Below, in pieces: positions 26,817 to 36,303 of a DNA stretch of 64,000 nucleotides; within the stretch, counting starts at the first letter, position 1; every line of letters begins with the position of its first letter. The notes beneath the pieces are model-generated. The model was given only the letters and a program-made list of their open reading frames with translations. It ran no database searches and was not told the origin of the DNA. This stretch comes from Peptococcaceae bacterium. Lineage in GTDB: Bacteria; Bacillota; UBA994. The translations under genes were made by a program, and so were the position numbers. The stretch lies in NCBI GenBank assembly GCA_018334055.1, contig JAGXSS010000107.1, positions 42,211 to 106,210 of the forward strand, in the 5' to 3' direction.

Positions 26817-27250
26817 TATTGTTTTACGGAAAACGAAAGATACTTGGTCATTTTCACAATAGTACCTTGTCCCGGCGTAGACTCTACTTCTACTTCATCC
26901 ATGAAACTCTCCATGACGGTAAAGCCTAGCCCGCAGCGTTCTTCATCCGGTCGCGTTGTAAAAAGTGGCTGACGTGCTTCTTCTACGTCGATTATACCGA
27001 CTCCAAAATCAGAAATCACAACCAAGATACTGCCCGGAGACACCATCCCGCGCAGGAGGATGTCACCGCTCCCTTCGTGATAGCCATGAATAATGGCATT
27101 AGTAACAGCTTCTGAAACTGCCGTCCTAATTTCGTTCAACTCGACCAAAGACCAGTCACCCGCCTCTAGGGCGAACTGCGCCACCACTGCACGGGCAAAT
27201 TGCACATTCTGCGACAAGGCTGGAATGCGTAATTCAAACCAATTATCCAT
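26816..27250 (-). CDS. spoIIAB: Anti-sigma F factor (serine protein kinase)
   Basis: The 144-aa product has a GHKL ATPase motif (EAVTNAIIHG ... GLGF). Confidence 0.9.
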   Translation of the reverse strand: MDNWFELRIPALSQNVQFARAVVAQFALEAGDWSLVELNEIRTAVSEAVTNAIIHGYHEGSGDILLRGMVSPGSILVVISDFGVGIIDVEEARQPLFTTRPDEERCGLGFTVMESFMDEVEVESTPGQGTIVKMTKYLSFSVKQ

Positions 27251-27269
27251 GTATCTCCCCCATTTCGTC

Positions 27270-27611
27270 TTATCCCTTTAGTGCCGCTAACGCATGCACT
27301 TCTGAATCATATGACGGGATAATGCGTGGCAGTCCAGCCATGTTGTACAATCTTTCGACGCTAGGGTGTACGAAACATGCAGCCATACGGCCACCCGCGG
27401 AGTTCACGCGGCGATACCTCCCGAGTATAACTCCAAGCCCAGAACTGTCCATAAAAGTTAAGTCTGATAGATTAAACAATACGTGCATAGCAATTTCTTT
27501 ATCCAGCTCTTTTTCCACATTGTCGCGAAATCGGTCCGCAGAGTGCTGGTCAAGCTCTCCTTTGAGGGTAACAACTAAGACATTCCCGCGATATTTTAGC
27601 TCTATCTCCAT
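27270..27611 (-). CDS. spoIIAA: Anti-sigma F factor antagonist (STAS domain)
   Basis: The 113-aa STAS-domain product has the phospho-Ser context FMDSSGLGVILGRY. The SD is AGGGAGG. Confidence 0.9.
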   Translation of the reverse strand: MEIELKYRGNVLVVTLKGELDQHSADRFRDNVEKELDKEIAMHVLFNLSDLTFMDSSGLGVILGRYRRVNSAGGRMAACFVHPSVERLYNMAGLPRIIPSYDSEVHALAALKG

Positions 27612-27626
27612 ATATTACAACCTCCC

Positions 27627-27664
27627 TTTCGACCTACATTCTGCACTTAGCAAAAAAATCCTGC
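27627..27664 (-). promoter_or_regulatory. Putative sigma-H-type promoter of the spoIIA operon with an adjacent Spo0A-box-like element
   Basis: The minus strand reads gcAGGATTT-N11-gcaGAAT (sigma-H consensus RnAGGAwWW-N11/12-RnnGAAT). It is followed by GGTCGAA (one mismatch to the 0A box TGTCGAA) and the AGGGAGG SD of spoIIAA. Confidence 0.45.
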
Positions 27665-27665
27665 C

Positions 27666-27695
27666 AAACAAAATGAAAAGCCCCCATTGGGGGCC
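27666..27695 (-). terminator. Rho-independent terminator downstream of dacF (upstream of the spoIIA promoter)
   Basis: The minus strand reads GCCCCCAATGGGGGCTTTTCATTTTGTTTGG. Confidence 0.65.
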
Positions 27696-27708
27696 ATAAA
27701 TTTTGTTT

Positions 27709-28878
27709 CTAGTTCAACAGACGTCGCCACAAGCGGTGAAAAAATATCCAAGCGGGGGCGCGTGGTACCGTTTGCGTGGCCAAGAGGTCGACGCTAGCCA
27801 CCACATTGCCGTCTTTTAAGACAGAAAAACGTCCCACAATTTGGCCTACATGGACAGGTGCCTCCACGATAAAGAACTCTCGCTTCGTTTCCCAGACACT
27901 TTGGTTACCCTTCGTTTTCAAGATATCGAGATGCTCACGGGCATGGACCTTGACACTTTGGAGAGTGCCCTTATCAATTGGTGCCGCGCCAACTTCCTGG
28001 CCTCGCTCGACCACACGCCTCCCCTCATAGGTGGCGAAACCGTAGTCTAGGAGTCGTACAATGTCGGTGTTCCGCTCCGCGGGAGATGTGCCCCCGAGCA
28101 CAACAGCAATGAGCCGCAAGCCACCCCTCTTGGCAGTTGCCGACAAGCACCAGCCAGCTCGTGTCGTCCAGCCGGTCTTTAATCCATCGTAACCTGGATA
28201 CGAAGTCAACAGATGGCGATTAGTATTGGCAAGCATGCTCCGCAGTCCAGCCCTCTGGAGATGAGTCAATCGAATGGCAGAGTAATCATGCACGCGCTCG
28301 TGATGCAGCAAGGCCCTGGTCATTAGCGCCACATCATAGGCCGATGAATACGCTCCGCCGATATCTAGACCACAAGCAGTAGTGAATTTAGTATTCTGCA
28401 TGCCAAGCTGCTGTGCTCTATCATTCATCAAGGCAACGAACCCAGGCTCACTCCCAGCTACAAACTCCCCTAAAGCCACAGCGGCATCGTTCGCAGATAC
28501 AATAGCTACCGCTAAGAACAGCTGTTCTACGGTGAGAGTTTCCCCCTCTTTTAGCCAAATCTGAGAGCCGCCATACTGTGCTGCATGACTACTGATGCGC
28601 ACCACATCGTCCCAACCAATACGTTCTGTTTCGATAGCCTCAAAAACCAATAACATCGTCATTATCTTAGTTAGACTGGCGATAGGCTTCCTCTCGTGTT
28701 CGTCCCTAGCCAGCAAAATTGTGCCGGTGCCCATGTCCATGAGCAAGGCCTGTGGCACGCGCAGGGCCAGAGCTAGGGCCATCGCCGGTAAGCTCGGTTG
28801 CGCAGTATGACCAAGTGGTAGATAAACTAAGCAAACGCAAAGAAACAGTACGGCCACTCGGAAAAGTCGCTGTGACAC
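27709..28878 (-). CDS. dacF: D-alanyl-D-alanine carboxypeptidase (S11), forespore-type DacF
   Basis: It has the SxxK motif (ASLTKIMT), SAND and KTG motifs. It sits immediately upstream of spoIIAA as in B. subtilis. The GTG start has a GAGGAGG SD. Confidence 0.8.
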   Translation of the reverse strand: MSQRLFRVAVLFLCVCLVYLPLGHTAQPSLPAMALALALRVPQALLMDMGTGTILLARDEHERKPIASLTKIMTMLLVFEAIETERIGWDDVVRISSHAAQYGGSQIWLKEGETLTVEQLFLAVAIVSANDAAVALGEFVAGSEPGFVALMNDRAQQLGMQNTKFTTACGLDIGGAYSSAYDVALMTRALLHHERVHDYSAIRLTHLQRAGLRSMLANTNRHLLTSYPGYDGLKTGWTTRAGWCLSATAKRGGLRLIAVVLGGTSPAERNTDIVRLLDYGFATYEGRRVVERGQEVGAAPIDKGTLQSVKVHAREHLDILKTKGNQSVWETKREFFIVEAPVHVGQIVGRFSVLKDGNVVASVDLLATQTVPRAPAWIFFHRLWRRLLN

Positions 28879-28905
28879 AGTAGGTCCTCCTCAGCACTTT
28901 TCTCC

Positions 28906-28936
28906 TAGCATGCCCCCGTTAAGAACAATTAAATAC
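28906..28936 (-). promoter_or_regulatory. Putative forespore (sigma-F/G-type) promoter of dacF
   Basis: The minus strand reads GTATT-N15-GGGCATGCTA, against a sigma-F consensus GYATA-N14/15-GGnnAnAnTA. There is one mismatch in each element. Confidence 0.3.
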
Positions 28937-28939
28937 GAA

Positions 28940-30226
28940 CTAACTCAGGCGTTCTATGTGCCAGTCAGTTACTGAAGGAGGTGCATCACCGAGCAGGAAC
29001 GCAGAGCGGAGTCGCTCCATAAAATGGGCAGTCAACGGAATACTTGCATGCACAATAAGAATTGGCGCGTCAGACGCCACTTTGTCGCCAACTCGCACCA
29101 CAAGCTCAAATCCCGCTGCGTAATCTATCTTATCACCCTTCTTATGCCGACCAGCCCCGATCTCTACGGACAGTCCACCAAGCAACAAGGGATCAATTGC
29201 CCGGACAAAGCCCTCGCGTTGGGCATACAAGGTCTCGCGATACCTCGCCTGCGGCAGAGCTACCGACAAATCGCCTCCTTGGGCCTCGACCATTTCCGTG
29301 AACTTCGCCAGTGCGCGCCCCGAATCAAGAGCCTCCTTGGCCGTTGCATAAGCGGTGGTTACGCTCATCTCGGGGAAGTAATGAAGAATCATCTCGCGCG
29401 CGAGGGCCAAGGACACTTCACGCAAATCAGGCGATCCGCCCTGGTTAGCCAAAATATCTAAGGCTTCCCGAATCTCCAGGGCGTTGCCAATTCTGTTGCC
29501 TAAGGGGGCATCCATGTTGGTCAAAAGAGCCACTGTCGGACGACCTAGGCGGTTGCCGATGTTAATCATGGTTTGAGCCAAGTAGAGCGCATCAGGAAGG
29601 TCCGCCATGAAGGCCCCTCTGCCAAATTTCACATCAAGAACAATGTGAGTTGCGCCAGCGGCGAGCTTCTTGCTCATGATAGAACTGGCAATGAGGGGGA
29701 TGCTTTCAATGGTGGCGGTCACATCGCGTAGGGCATAAAGGACTTTGTCTGCCGGGGCGATTGATGAACTAGCGGAGATAATGGCCAAACCAATCTTGGT
29801 GACTTGCTCCTTGTACTGCTCCATAGTTAACGCGGTAGAAAAACCCGTTATGCTTTCTAATTTATCGACCGTGCCGCCGGTATGCCCTAAACCTCGGCCC
29901 GTCATCTTGGCCACTGGGACTCCGCAGGCAGCAACGATGGGTGCTACTATCAAGGTAGTGGTATCAGCAACCCCACCCGTGGAGTGCTTATCCACCGCTT
30001 TCGGCAGGCCGATATCAATTTGAGTGCCCGATTTGACCATAGCCATGGTCAAATCGGCTGTCTCCCTTTCATCCATGCCGCGAAAGAAAATAGCCATAAG
30101 CAAGGCACTCTGCTGATAATCGGGGATACTGCCATCAGTTGAGCCCCGCACAAAAAAATCGATCTCCTCGGCGGATAAAGCGTGGCCGTCACGTTTTTTC
30201 TTGATAATTTCATAGAATCTCATCAT
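28940..30226 (-). CDS. pdp: Pyrimidine-nucleoside (thymidine) phosphorylase
   Basis: The 428-aa product has a glycosyltransferase family-3 N-terminus and HSTGGVADTTTLIVAPIVAACGVPVAKMTGRGLGHTGGT. Confidence 0.85.
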   Translation of the reverse strand: MMRFYEIIKKKRDGHALSAEEIDFFVRGSTDGSIPDYQQSALLMAIFFRGMDERETADLTMAMVKSGTQIDIGLPKAVDKHSTGGVADTTTLIVAPIVAACGVPVAKMTGRGLGHTGGTVDKLESITGFSTALTMEQYKEQVTKIGLAIISASSSIAPADKVLYALRDVTATIESIPLIASSIMSKKLAAGATHIVLDVKFGRGAFMADLPDALYLAQTMINIGNRLGRPTVALLTNMDAPLGNRIGNALEIREALDILANQGGSPDLREVSLALAREMILHYFPEMSVTTAYATAKEALDSGRALAKFTEMVEAQGGDLSVALPQARYRETLYAQREGFVRAIDPLLLGGLSVEIGAGRHKKGDKIDYAAGFELVVRVGDKVASDAPILIVHASIPLTAHFMERLRSAFLLGDAPPSVTDWHIERLS

Positions 30227-31395
30227 CTTAACCCTAGCAACTCCTTAAATGAACTTCCGGCAAACCTCTCCGGCAGTTCGAATAGATCGGCAACGGTGGC
30301 TGCAACATCGGCTAAGGTGTGCCGGTCCCCCAGCGAATAGTTACTCAAGGCACTTGGACTATAAACCAACAATGGCACAAACTCTCGCGTGTGATCGGTG
30401 CCTGGGTGGAGAGGGTCACATCCATGGTCAGCAACAATAAAGAGGTGGTCTAAAGGCCGCATAAGAGGCAGAAAGCCCCCCAGCCATTGGTCAAATTCAG
30501 CCAGGGCATGGCCATACCCAACGGCATCGTTCCGATGACCGTACAGCATGTCGAAATCGACTAGGTTCGCAAAGATCAGACCATGTTCTTGTTTGATGTA
30601 TTCAGTCGTTATTTTATCCAAGCCTTGTATATTATTGTCGGTCTTCAAGCAGTTGCTGAAACCACGCCCATTGTAAATATCACATATTTTACCAATGCCC
30701 GTTACATTCAGACCCTCCTCATATAATACATCCGGCAAAGTTGCTGTGGGGGGCGCCACTGCGTAGTCATGACGATTAACTGTCCGGAAAAATGTTCCAA
30801 CACCGCTAAAAGGGCGAGCAATTATCCTCGCGACGCGCATTTCACCCTGCATGAGGTCTCTTGCTACGCCGCAAATAGAATATAACTCCATAAGAGGGAC
30901 AATCTCCTCGTGAGCCGCAATTTGCATGACGCTGTCAGCTGAAGTGTACAGGATGGGTGAGCCGGTTTCTACGTGTAGCTGCCCTAATTGGGTGATGATT
31001 TCAGTGCCCGATGCCACGACGTTGCCGAGAAAATTCCGCCCTGTTCTCCTGCTTAATTCTGCCACCACTTGGTCTGGAAACCCATGTGGAAAAGTCACAA
31101 AGGGCTCGTCCATCACTAGGCCAGCCATTTCCCAATGCCCCGTAATGGTGTCCTTACCCTTAGACCGGGTCATGGCGCGACCAAATGAGGCCTGCGTTTT
31201 ATCGGGCGCGGGGAAGCCAGCATGGGGGAGTATTTTTCCCATGCCAAGTCTAGCCAGATTGGGTAGCGCAAGTTTAGGATTGGCATCTAATACATGCTTC
31301 AGAGTGTTGCTTCCGGCATCGCCGTAATCACCCGCATCAGGTAGAGCACCCACTCCTAAACTATCAAGGACAATGATTAAGACTGTCTTCTGCAA
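30223..31395 (-). CDS. deoB: Phosphopentomutase
   Basis: The 390-aa product has an alkaline-phosphatase-like metalloenzyme N-terminus (VLIIVLDSLGVGALPDA). Confidence 0.85.
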   Translation of the reverse strand: MQKTVLIIVLDSLGVGALPDAGDYGDAGSNTLKHVLDANPKLALPNLARLGMGKILPHAGFPAPDKTQASFGRAMTRSKGKDTITGHWEMAGLVMDEPFVTFPHGFPDQVVAELSRRTGRNFLGNVVASGTEIITQLGQLHVETGSPILYTSADSVMQIAAHEEIVPLMELYSICGVARDLMQGEMRVARIIARPFSGVGTFFRTVNRHDYAVAPPTATLPDVLYEEGLNVTGIGKICDIYNGRGFSNCLKTDNNIQGLDKITTEYIKQEHGLIFANLVDFDMLYGHRNDAVGYGHALAEFDQWLGGFLPLMRPLDHLFIVADHGCDPLHPGTDHTREFVPLLVYSPSALSNYSLGDRHTLADVAATVADLFELPERFAGSSFKELLGLR

Positions 31396-31406
31396 AACAG
31401 TACCTC

Positions 31407-32336
31407 CTATGCTCGTGGATGCGCCTTGTCGTAGACTTCACGCAGACGTGTTTTGGTGACATGGGTGTAGATTTGGGTGGTACTGATGTCGGCATGACCC
31501 AGCATTTCTTGCACCGCCCGCAGGTCAGCACCATTTTCCAACAAATGAGTAGCAAAGGAATGCCTCATGGTGTGGGGAGTTACGTTTACCTGTATATTGG
31601 TCTTTTTGGCATGATTCTTAAACAGCTTCCAAAGGCCTTGACGTGTCAACTGTCGCCCATGGTGGTTTAAAAAGAGCGATTGGACGCTCGAACTGCGCTG
31701 CAACTTGCTCCGTCCCGAGGCGAGGTAGATCTTAAGGGCGGTGATGGCCACCGAACCAAGTGGAACCATGCGCTCTTTGTCACCCTTGCCATAGCACTTG
31801 AGCAGCCCTACCTCTAAGTTCACATCGGTCACCTTTAGAGTGACTAACTCGGAAACTCGAATACCCGTGGCATACAAGACCTCAAACATGGCCCTATCAC
31901 GTAAAGCAATCGGCGAAAGGTCACTGGTTACAATCAAGAATTTTTCAATTTCATGCAAATTGAGCACCTTGGGTAGACGCTTCTGCACCTTAGGGGCATC
32001 CAGGGCAGCAGCAGGGTCGACCGGAATACTCCCTTCATGATAGAGGAAACGGAAAAAGGATCGTATAGAGGAGAGGCACCGCGAAACCGTGGCGCCGGTC
32101 TTGCCCTGGGCGCGGAGACGGTCAAGGTAAAGCCGAATTTGCTGGCGATCAAGACACTGCCAGTCGAGAGTCTCTTGCACGAGGTAGATATGGAACTGGG
32201 AAAGATCCCGCCCATATGATTCGATAGTGTTGGCGGCAAGTCCCCGCTCTACCTTTAAATGATCGAGGTACTCTCTTATGTACGTCTCCAAGACAATCCA
32301 CCTTCTTCGCATTCTACAGCTATTATGATTCGGCAC
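31407..32336 (-). CDS. xerD: Tyrosine recombinase XerD
   Basis: The catalytic motifs are RHSFATHLLENGADLRAVQEMLGHADISTTQIYTHV, and it lies in the conserved deoB/pdp context. The exact start is uncertain (GTG at 32336 or ATG at 32312). Confidence 0.85.
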   Translation of the reverse strand: MPNHNSCRMRRRWIVLETYIREYLDHLKVERGLAANTIESYGRDLSQFHIYLVQETLDWQCLDRQQIRLYLDRLRAQGKTGATVSRCLSSIRSFFRFLYHEGSIPVDPAAALDAPKVQKRLPKVLNLHEIEKFLIVTSDLSPIALRDRAMFEVLYATGIRVSELVTLKVTDVNLEVGLLKCYGKGDKERMVPLGSVAITALKIYLASGRSKLQRSSSVQSLFLNHHGRQLTRQGLWKLFKNHAKKTNIQVNVTPHTMRHSFATHLLENGADLRAVQEMLGHADISTTQIYTHVTKTRLREVYDKAHPRA

Positions 32337-32399
32337 AGTTGCTACAATACCTGCGGGGCATTTTGCCTGGCCGCGAAGAAAATCCCCCTCTGCAGGGGG

Positions 32400-32651
32400 T
32401 CAGAATCCTTCGTTGTACCAACTTCGTAAATGTGCTAAAACCCTCGCCAGGAATGTCTCCTGCCTACCCTGCTCCATAGTAGCGGTCGCATCCAAGGCAC
32501 GTTGTTTCCCCTCAGGCTCCGGTTCAGCAAAATAACCATCTATGAACTGCCAAACCAGGAGAGCCAGTAAGGCGACTACAATCACTAACCCCACAATTTT
32601 AATACATTGAATCCTTTTGCCACGAAAGGGCCCTAGAGTAATCACCCACAT
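32400..32651 (-). CDS. Small membrane protein, DUF4227/YqzK-like
   Basis: The 83-aa product has one TM helix (IVGLVIVVALLALLVWQF). Its position next to xerD matches B. subtilis yqzK. Confidence 0.5.
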   Translation of the reverse strand: MWVITLGPFRGKRIQCIKIVGLVIVVALLALLVWQFIDGYFAEPEPEGKQRALDATATMEQGRQETFLARVLAHLRSWYNEGF

Positions 32652-32733
32652 CCCGTTGTCCTCCCCCCCATTGCTGCCTAAAGATTATCGTTAATACTTA
32701 TGTGAAGCTGGGGGGGAGTAGAACGTAGAGTCG

Positions 32734-33939
32734 TTAAATACCCTTTTCCCTTCTATACGCCTCAACACCACTAGCGAGAATGCGCATGGCATGGGTTAGG
32801 TCCGAGCTATTCAACACGTAGGCTATGCGCACCTCATCTCTACCCAAAGTAGGGGTAGCATAGAAACCAGCGGCAGGGGCCACCATGGTAGTCGCCCCGT
32901 CCAAACTGAAGTTCGACAACATCCATTCGGCAAATACATCACCATCGTCTATCGGGAGCTTGGCAACGACATAGAACGCGCCCTTGGGCGCCTTGCATAC
33001 CGCCCCAGGAATGCTCATGACGCCGTCAAAGACAATATCGCGACGCTGCTGGTACTCGGCTAACACACGTGCGAAATAAGAATCTGGCACTTCGAGGGCA
33101 CCTAGTGCGCCGACTTGTTCGAGAGTGGGGGGACAAAGCCTCGCCTGCGCAAAGCGCATGATCGAGTCGAGCAATGCCTTGTTATGGGTAACGACATTGC
33201 CGACGCGGGCACCGCAGGCGCTAAAACGCTTGCTGATACTGTCCGCGATAATCGCGTGTTCTGCAATACCATTAAGACTCATGATGCTTGTAAACTCTTC
33301 CCCATCGTAAACAAATTCGCGGTAGACTTCGTCCGCAATAAGGAACAAGTCGTACTCTACCGCCAGTTCGGCTAACACCTCTAGTTCAGCTTTTGTATAG
33401 ACCACACCTGTCGGATTGCCGGGGTTACTAATCATAATGGCGCGGGTGCGAGGGGTAATCTTGGCGGCAAAGTGCTCTTTAGGCGGCAATCTGAAACCGT
33501 TTTGGGCTGTGGTGGTAACAGGCACAATTTTGATAGTGCCGTATACTGCAAATCCGTTGTAATTGGCGTAGAAAGGCTCGGGAACGAGTATCTCGTCGCC
33601 CGCATCGCAGGTAGCCAGCATAGCGAAGAGCAAGGCCTCACTCCCGCCAGTGGTTACTATTACCTCATTTGGGTCTACATGTACCCCATATTTGGCATAG
33701 TACTTAGCCAAGCCCTGGCGAAACTCCGGCAGGCCATTGGAAGGACCGTAGGCCAATACTTTCTCATTGTAGTTCTTGATTTTGTCCCACATTTGTGGAG
33801 GTGTTTCTATGTCCGGCTGACCGATGTTTAAGTGATAAACCTTTGTCCCACGCCGCTTTGCTGCATCTGCAAAAGGAACTAGTTTGCGAATAGGTGAAGC
33901 AGGAATATCCATACCTCGTTGTGATAACTTGAGACTCAT
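32734..33939 (-). CDS. Class I/II PLP-dependent aminotransferase (AspB/PatA-like)
   Basis: It contains LNIGQPD, a PLP-binding Lys region (SKRFSACGARVG) and the aminotransferase I/II fold. I moved the start to the ATG at 33939 (MSLKL...), which has a GGGAGGGG SD. Confidence 0.75.
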   Translation of the reverse strand: MSLKLSQRGMDIPASPIRKLVPFADAAKRRGTKVYHLNIGQPDIETPPQMWDKIKNYNEKVLAYGPSNGLPEFRQGLAKYYAKYGVHVDPNEVIVTTGGSEALLFAMLATCDAGDEILVPEPFYANYNGFAVYGTIKIVPVTTTAQNGFRLPPKEHFAAKITPRTRAIMISNPGNPTGVVYTKAELEVLAELAVEYDLFLIADEVYREFVYDGEEFTSIMSLNGIAEHAIIADSISKRFSACGARVGNVVTHNKALLDSIMRFAQARLCPPTLEQVGALGALEVPDSYFARVLAEYQQRRDIVFDGVMSIPGAVCKAPKGAFYVVAKLPIDDGDVFAEWMLSNFSLDGATTMVAPAAGFYATPTLGRDEVRIAYVLNSSDLTHAMRILASGVEAYRREKGI

Positions 33940-33979
33940 CTTTGACCCCTCCCGCAATTTTACGATGCTATGCCATGAA

Positions 33980-35047
33980 TTATTCTCGGTAGTTAACCGA
34001 AATCCTGCGTTTCTCACTATGTTTAGCCCTGGCCAGAAAAATGAGTTCGCTAATCAATTTTGGGTAACTCGTACCTGTAGCCTCCCACATTTTAGGGTAC
34101 ATGGAAATGTTAGTAAATCCCGGCATGGTATTAAGCTCGTTTACGTAGATCTGGCCTGTAGGGGTGAGGAAAAAATCAACCCTCGCTAGGCCTGAGCAAT
34201 CTAAGGCTTGATACACCCGCAGTGACAGCTCCTGCACTTGTCTAACTTGTTGCGGTGTCAAATTGGCCGGTATGTAGAGTGTAGATGGCTCCTCATACTT
34301 AGCGGTGTAGCTGTAAAAATCAGCATTAGGGACCACCTCCCCTGGCAAAGAGGCGCGAGGTTGTTCATTGCCCAGAACGCTGCATTCTATTTCCCGACCC
34401 TTGGCCTGTTGTTCTACTATGACCTTGCGGTCATACTTAAAGGCGACTTCAATAAAATGAGCCAGCGCATCATTATCTACCGCCTTATTGATGCCCACAC
34501 TTGAACCCATGTTAGCGGGCTTAACAAAACAGGGGAAACCCAGTCGCTCAGCAATATTATGGTGGTGCCTGTCAGGCTCTAAGGCATAACTATGATCAGT
34601 GAACCATACGAAATCCACCACCGGAATTCCTAGCTGTTTACAAATGGTTTTTTGCAGAATTTTGTCCATTCCTAGGGCAGAGCTCATAACTCCTGAACCA
34701 ACATAAGGAATATCCAAAATCTCCAGTAACCCCTGAATACTGCCATCTTCCCCATATGGTCCGTGCAGGACGGGGAAAACCACATCCCCTTGCATCAGGA
34801 TTTCGACAATAGGACCGACCCCCACCTCCCCCTCCGGCTCGACTACAGCAGATTCGTTGCGGGCGAGCATCGCCCGCGGATCAACCCCGGCAATCCACCT
34901 GCCGCGCTTAGTTATGCCAACAGGGATGGGGACAAACTCCTTTTCATCTATAGCGCTTATGACCGAGACTGCGGACTGCACAGAAACCTCATGTTCAGCA
35001 GATCGTCCACCGAAAAGGATAATGACGCGTTGTTTCAACCTTTCCAC
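33980..35047 (-). CDS. ddl: D-alanine--D-alanine ligase
   Basis: VIILFGGRSAEHEVS is the Ddl N-terminus and an ATP-grasp C-terminus follows. Length is 355 aa. Confidence 0.85.
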   Translation of the reverse strand: MERLKQRVIILFGGRSAEHEVSVQSAVSVISAIDEKEFVPIPVGITKRGRWIAGVDPRAMLARNESAVVEPEGEVGVGPIVEILMQGDVVFPVLHGPYGEDGSIQGLLEILDIPYVGSGVMSSALGMDKILQKTICKQLGIPVVDFVWFTDHSYALEPDRHHHNIAERLGFPCFVKPANMGSSVGINKAVDNDALAHFIEVAFKYDRKVIVEQQAKGREIECSVLGNEQPRASLPGEVVPNADFYSYTAKYEEPSTLYIPANLTPQQVRQVQELSLRVYQALDCSGLARVDFFLTPTGQIYVNELNTMPGFTNISMYPKMWEATGTSYPKLISELIFLARAKHSEKRRISVNYRE

Positions 35048-36174
35048 CTCCGTCTACCCTTAATTGCACCTAACATCAACAGAAATCCGCCAAACACTGC
35101 CAGCAACCGCCCCGTTGTGAACAATGGTATATAGGCAGGGACGGTCAGTCCTACCCGACCAATTTCACCCCCGTCAGCCGTTACTACGGCCTCACCCACT
35201 TTTTGCCCGGGCCTGAGGGGAGGCCACAAATTTCTTCTTAGCTGTAAAGTAATCTCCGGAACCGCTTTGCGCAGTTCAGAGATGCGTATAACACGCGACA
35301 ATTCGCTTGTTGCCACGATGAGCACCTCTCCAGCCAATGGTACACGGAAGAGACCGAGGGCTTGTCTACTGTTAACGAGAACTTGACGAGCGAAATTCGC
35401 AAACCCAAAGTCAAGCAGTGCCTGTGAGTCCGACCAAAGACTTCGACCTTCCGACCCCAGCACTACACTAACTAGCAACAGACCATCACGCTCCGCGATA
35501 AGAAGCAAGCACTGACCAGCTTCATCAGTATAGCCGGTCTTCCCGCCTAAAGCTCCCCTGTATTCCCCAAGCAAGCGGTTTTGGTTCAAAAGGACACGAC
35601 CGCTGTTCATCACGAAACGTTCCGTACCGGCAATCTCCATGAACGAAGGTAGTGAGGAAGCGTGAATACCTAGTAGGGCGAGATCGCGGGCAGTGGAATA
35701 ATGGCCAACCCCAGGCATGCCATGGGCATTCTTAAACTGCGAGTTCCGCATGTTAAGCTCTGCTGCCCGTCTATTCATCTTCTCATTGAACGCCTCCAGA
35801 TTGCCCGCCAGGTGTTCCGCGATGGCGTTACAGGCATCGTTGGCAGAAATAAGCATGGCAGCGTATAGAAGTTCACGCAGTGTAAACCTATCTCCTGCTG
35901 CCGCATTAAGCGAGGAACCACCCACCGCCATGGCTCTTTGGCTCATGATGACTTCGGAATCTAAGTCGCCTTGTTCTATAGCCAAAACCACCGTCAGCAC
36001 TTTTGTCAAACTTGCCGGTGGATGACGCAAATCTACCCTGTGGCCAAACAGCGGCTCCTCCCGCCCCCTCGCTACAACAATGCCCCGAGTGGCCACAATA
36101 GAAACAGCCCCTACCATGCTTGTTGCATACAACATCAACACTATCAGCAAGATAACAGTTTTCGTTTTCCACAT
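35035..36174 (-). CDS. D-alanyl-D-alanine carboxypeptidase (S11), third paralogue
   Basis: It has the SxxK motif (ASLTKVLT), SAND and KTG motifs, a signal anchor and a C-terminal TM segment. I moved the start to the ATG at 36174 (MWKTK...), which has an AAGGAG SD. Confidence 0.75.
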   Translation of the reverse strand: MWKTKTVILLIVLMLYATSMVGAVSIVATRGIVVARGREEPLFGHRVDLRHPPASLTKVLTVVLAIEQGDLDSEVIMSQRAMAVGGSSLNAAAGDRFTLRELLYAAMLISANDACNAIAEHLAGNLEAFNEKMNRRAAELNMRNSQFKNAHGMPGVGHYSTARDLALLGIHASSLPSFMEIAGTERFVMNSGRVLLNQNRLLGEYRGALGGKTGYTDEAGQCLLLIAERDGLLLVSVVLGSEGRSLWSDSQALLDFGFANFARQVLVNSRQALGLFRVPLAGEVLIVATSELSRVIRISELRKAVPEITLQLRRNLWPPLRPGQKVGEAVVTADGGEIGRVGLTVPAYIPLFTTGRLLAVFGGFLLMLGAIKGRRRWKG

Positions 36175-36303
36175 GCTAGGACTCCTTGACTCAAAATTCA
36201 ACGTTAGGGGTCGAAAGAAGTCGGATATTGACCTCTTGGGTCTATTACCCAGGAAATGAGCTAAAGTGCTCTGCCCTTAGTCAATATACCATAAGTCTGA
36301 GGT

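Noticed and set aside
31407-32336. A tyrosine recombinase as a possible integrase of a mobile element
   Set aside because: It is the housekeeping XerD in its conserved chromosomal context (deoB-pdp, yqzK-like gene). It is not adjacent to a tRNA, has no flanking direct repeats, and has no phage or transposon genes nearby.
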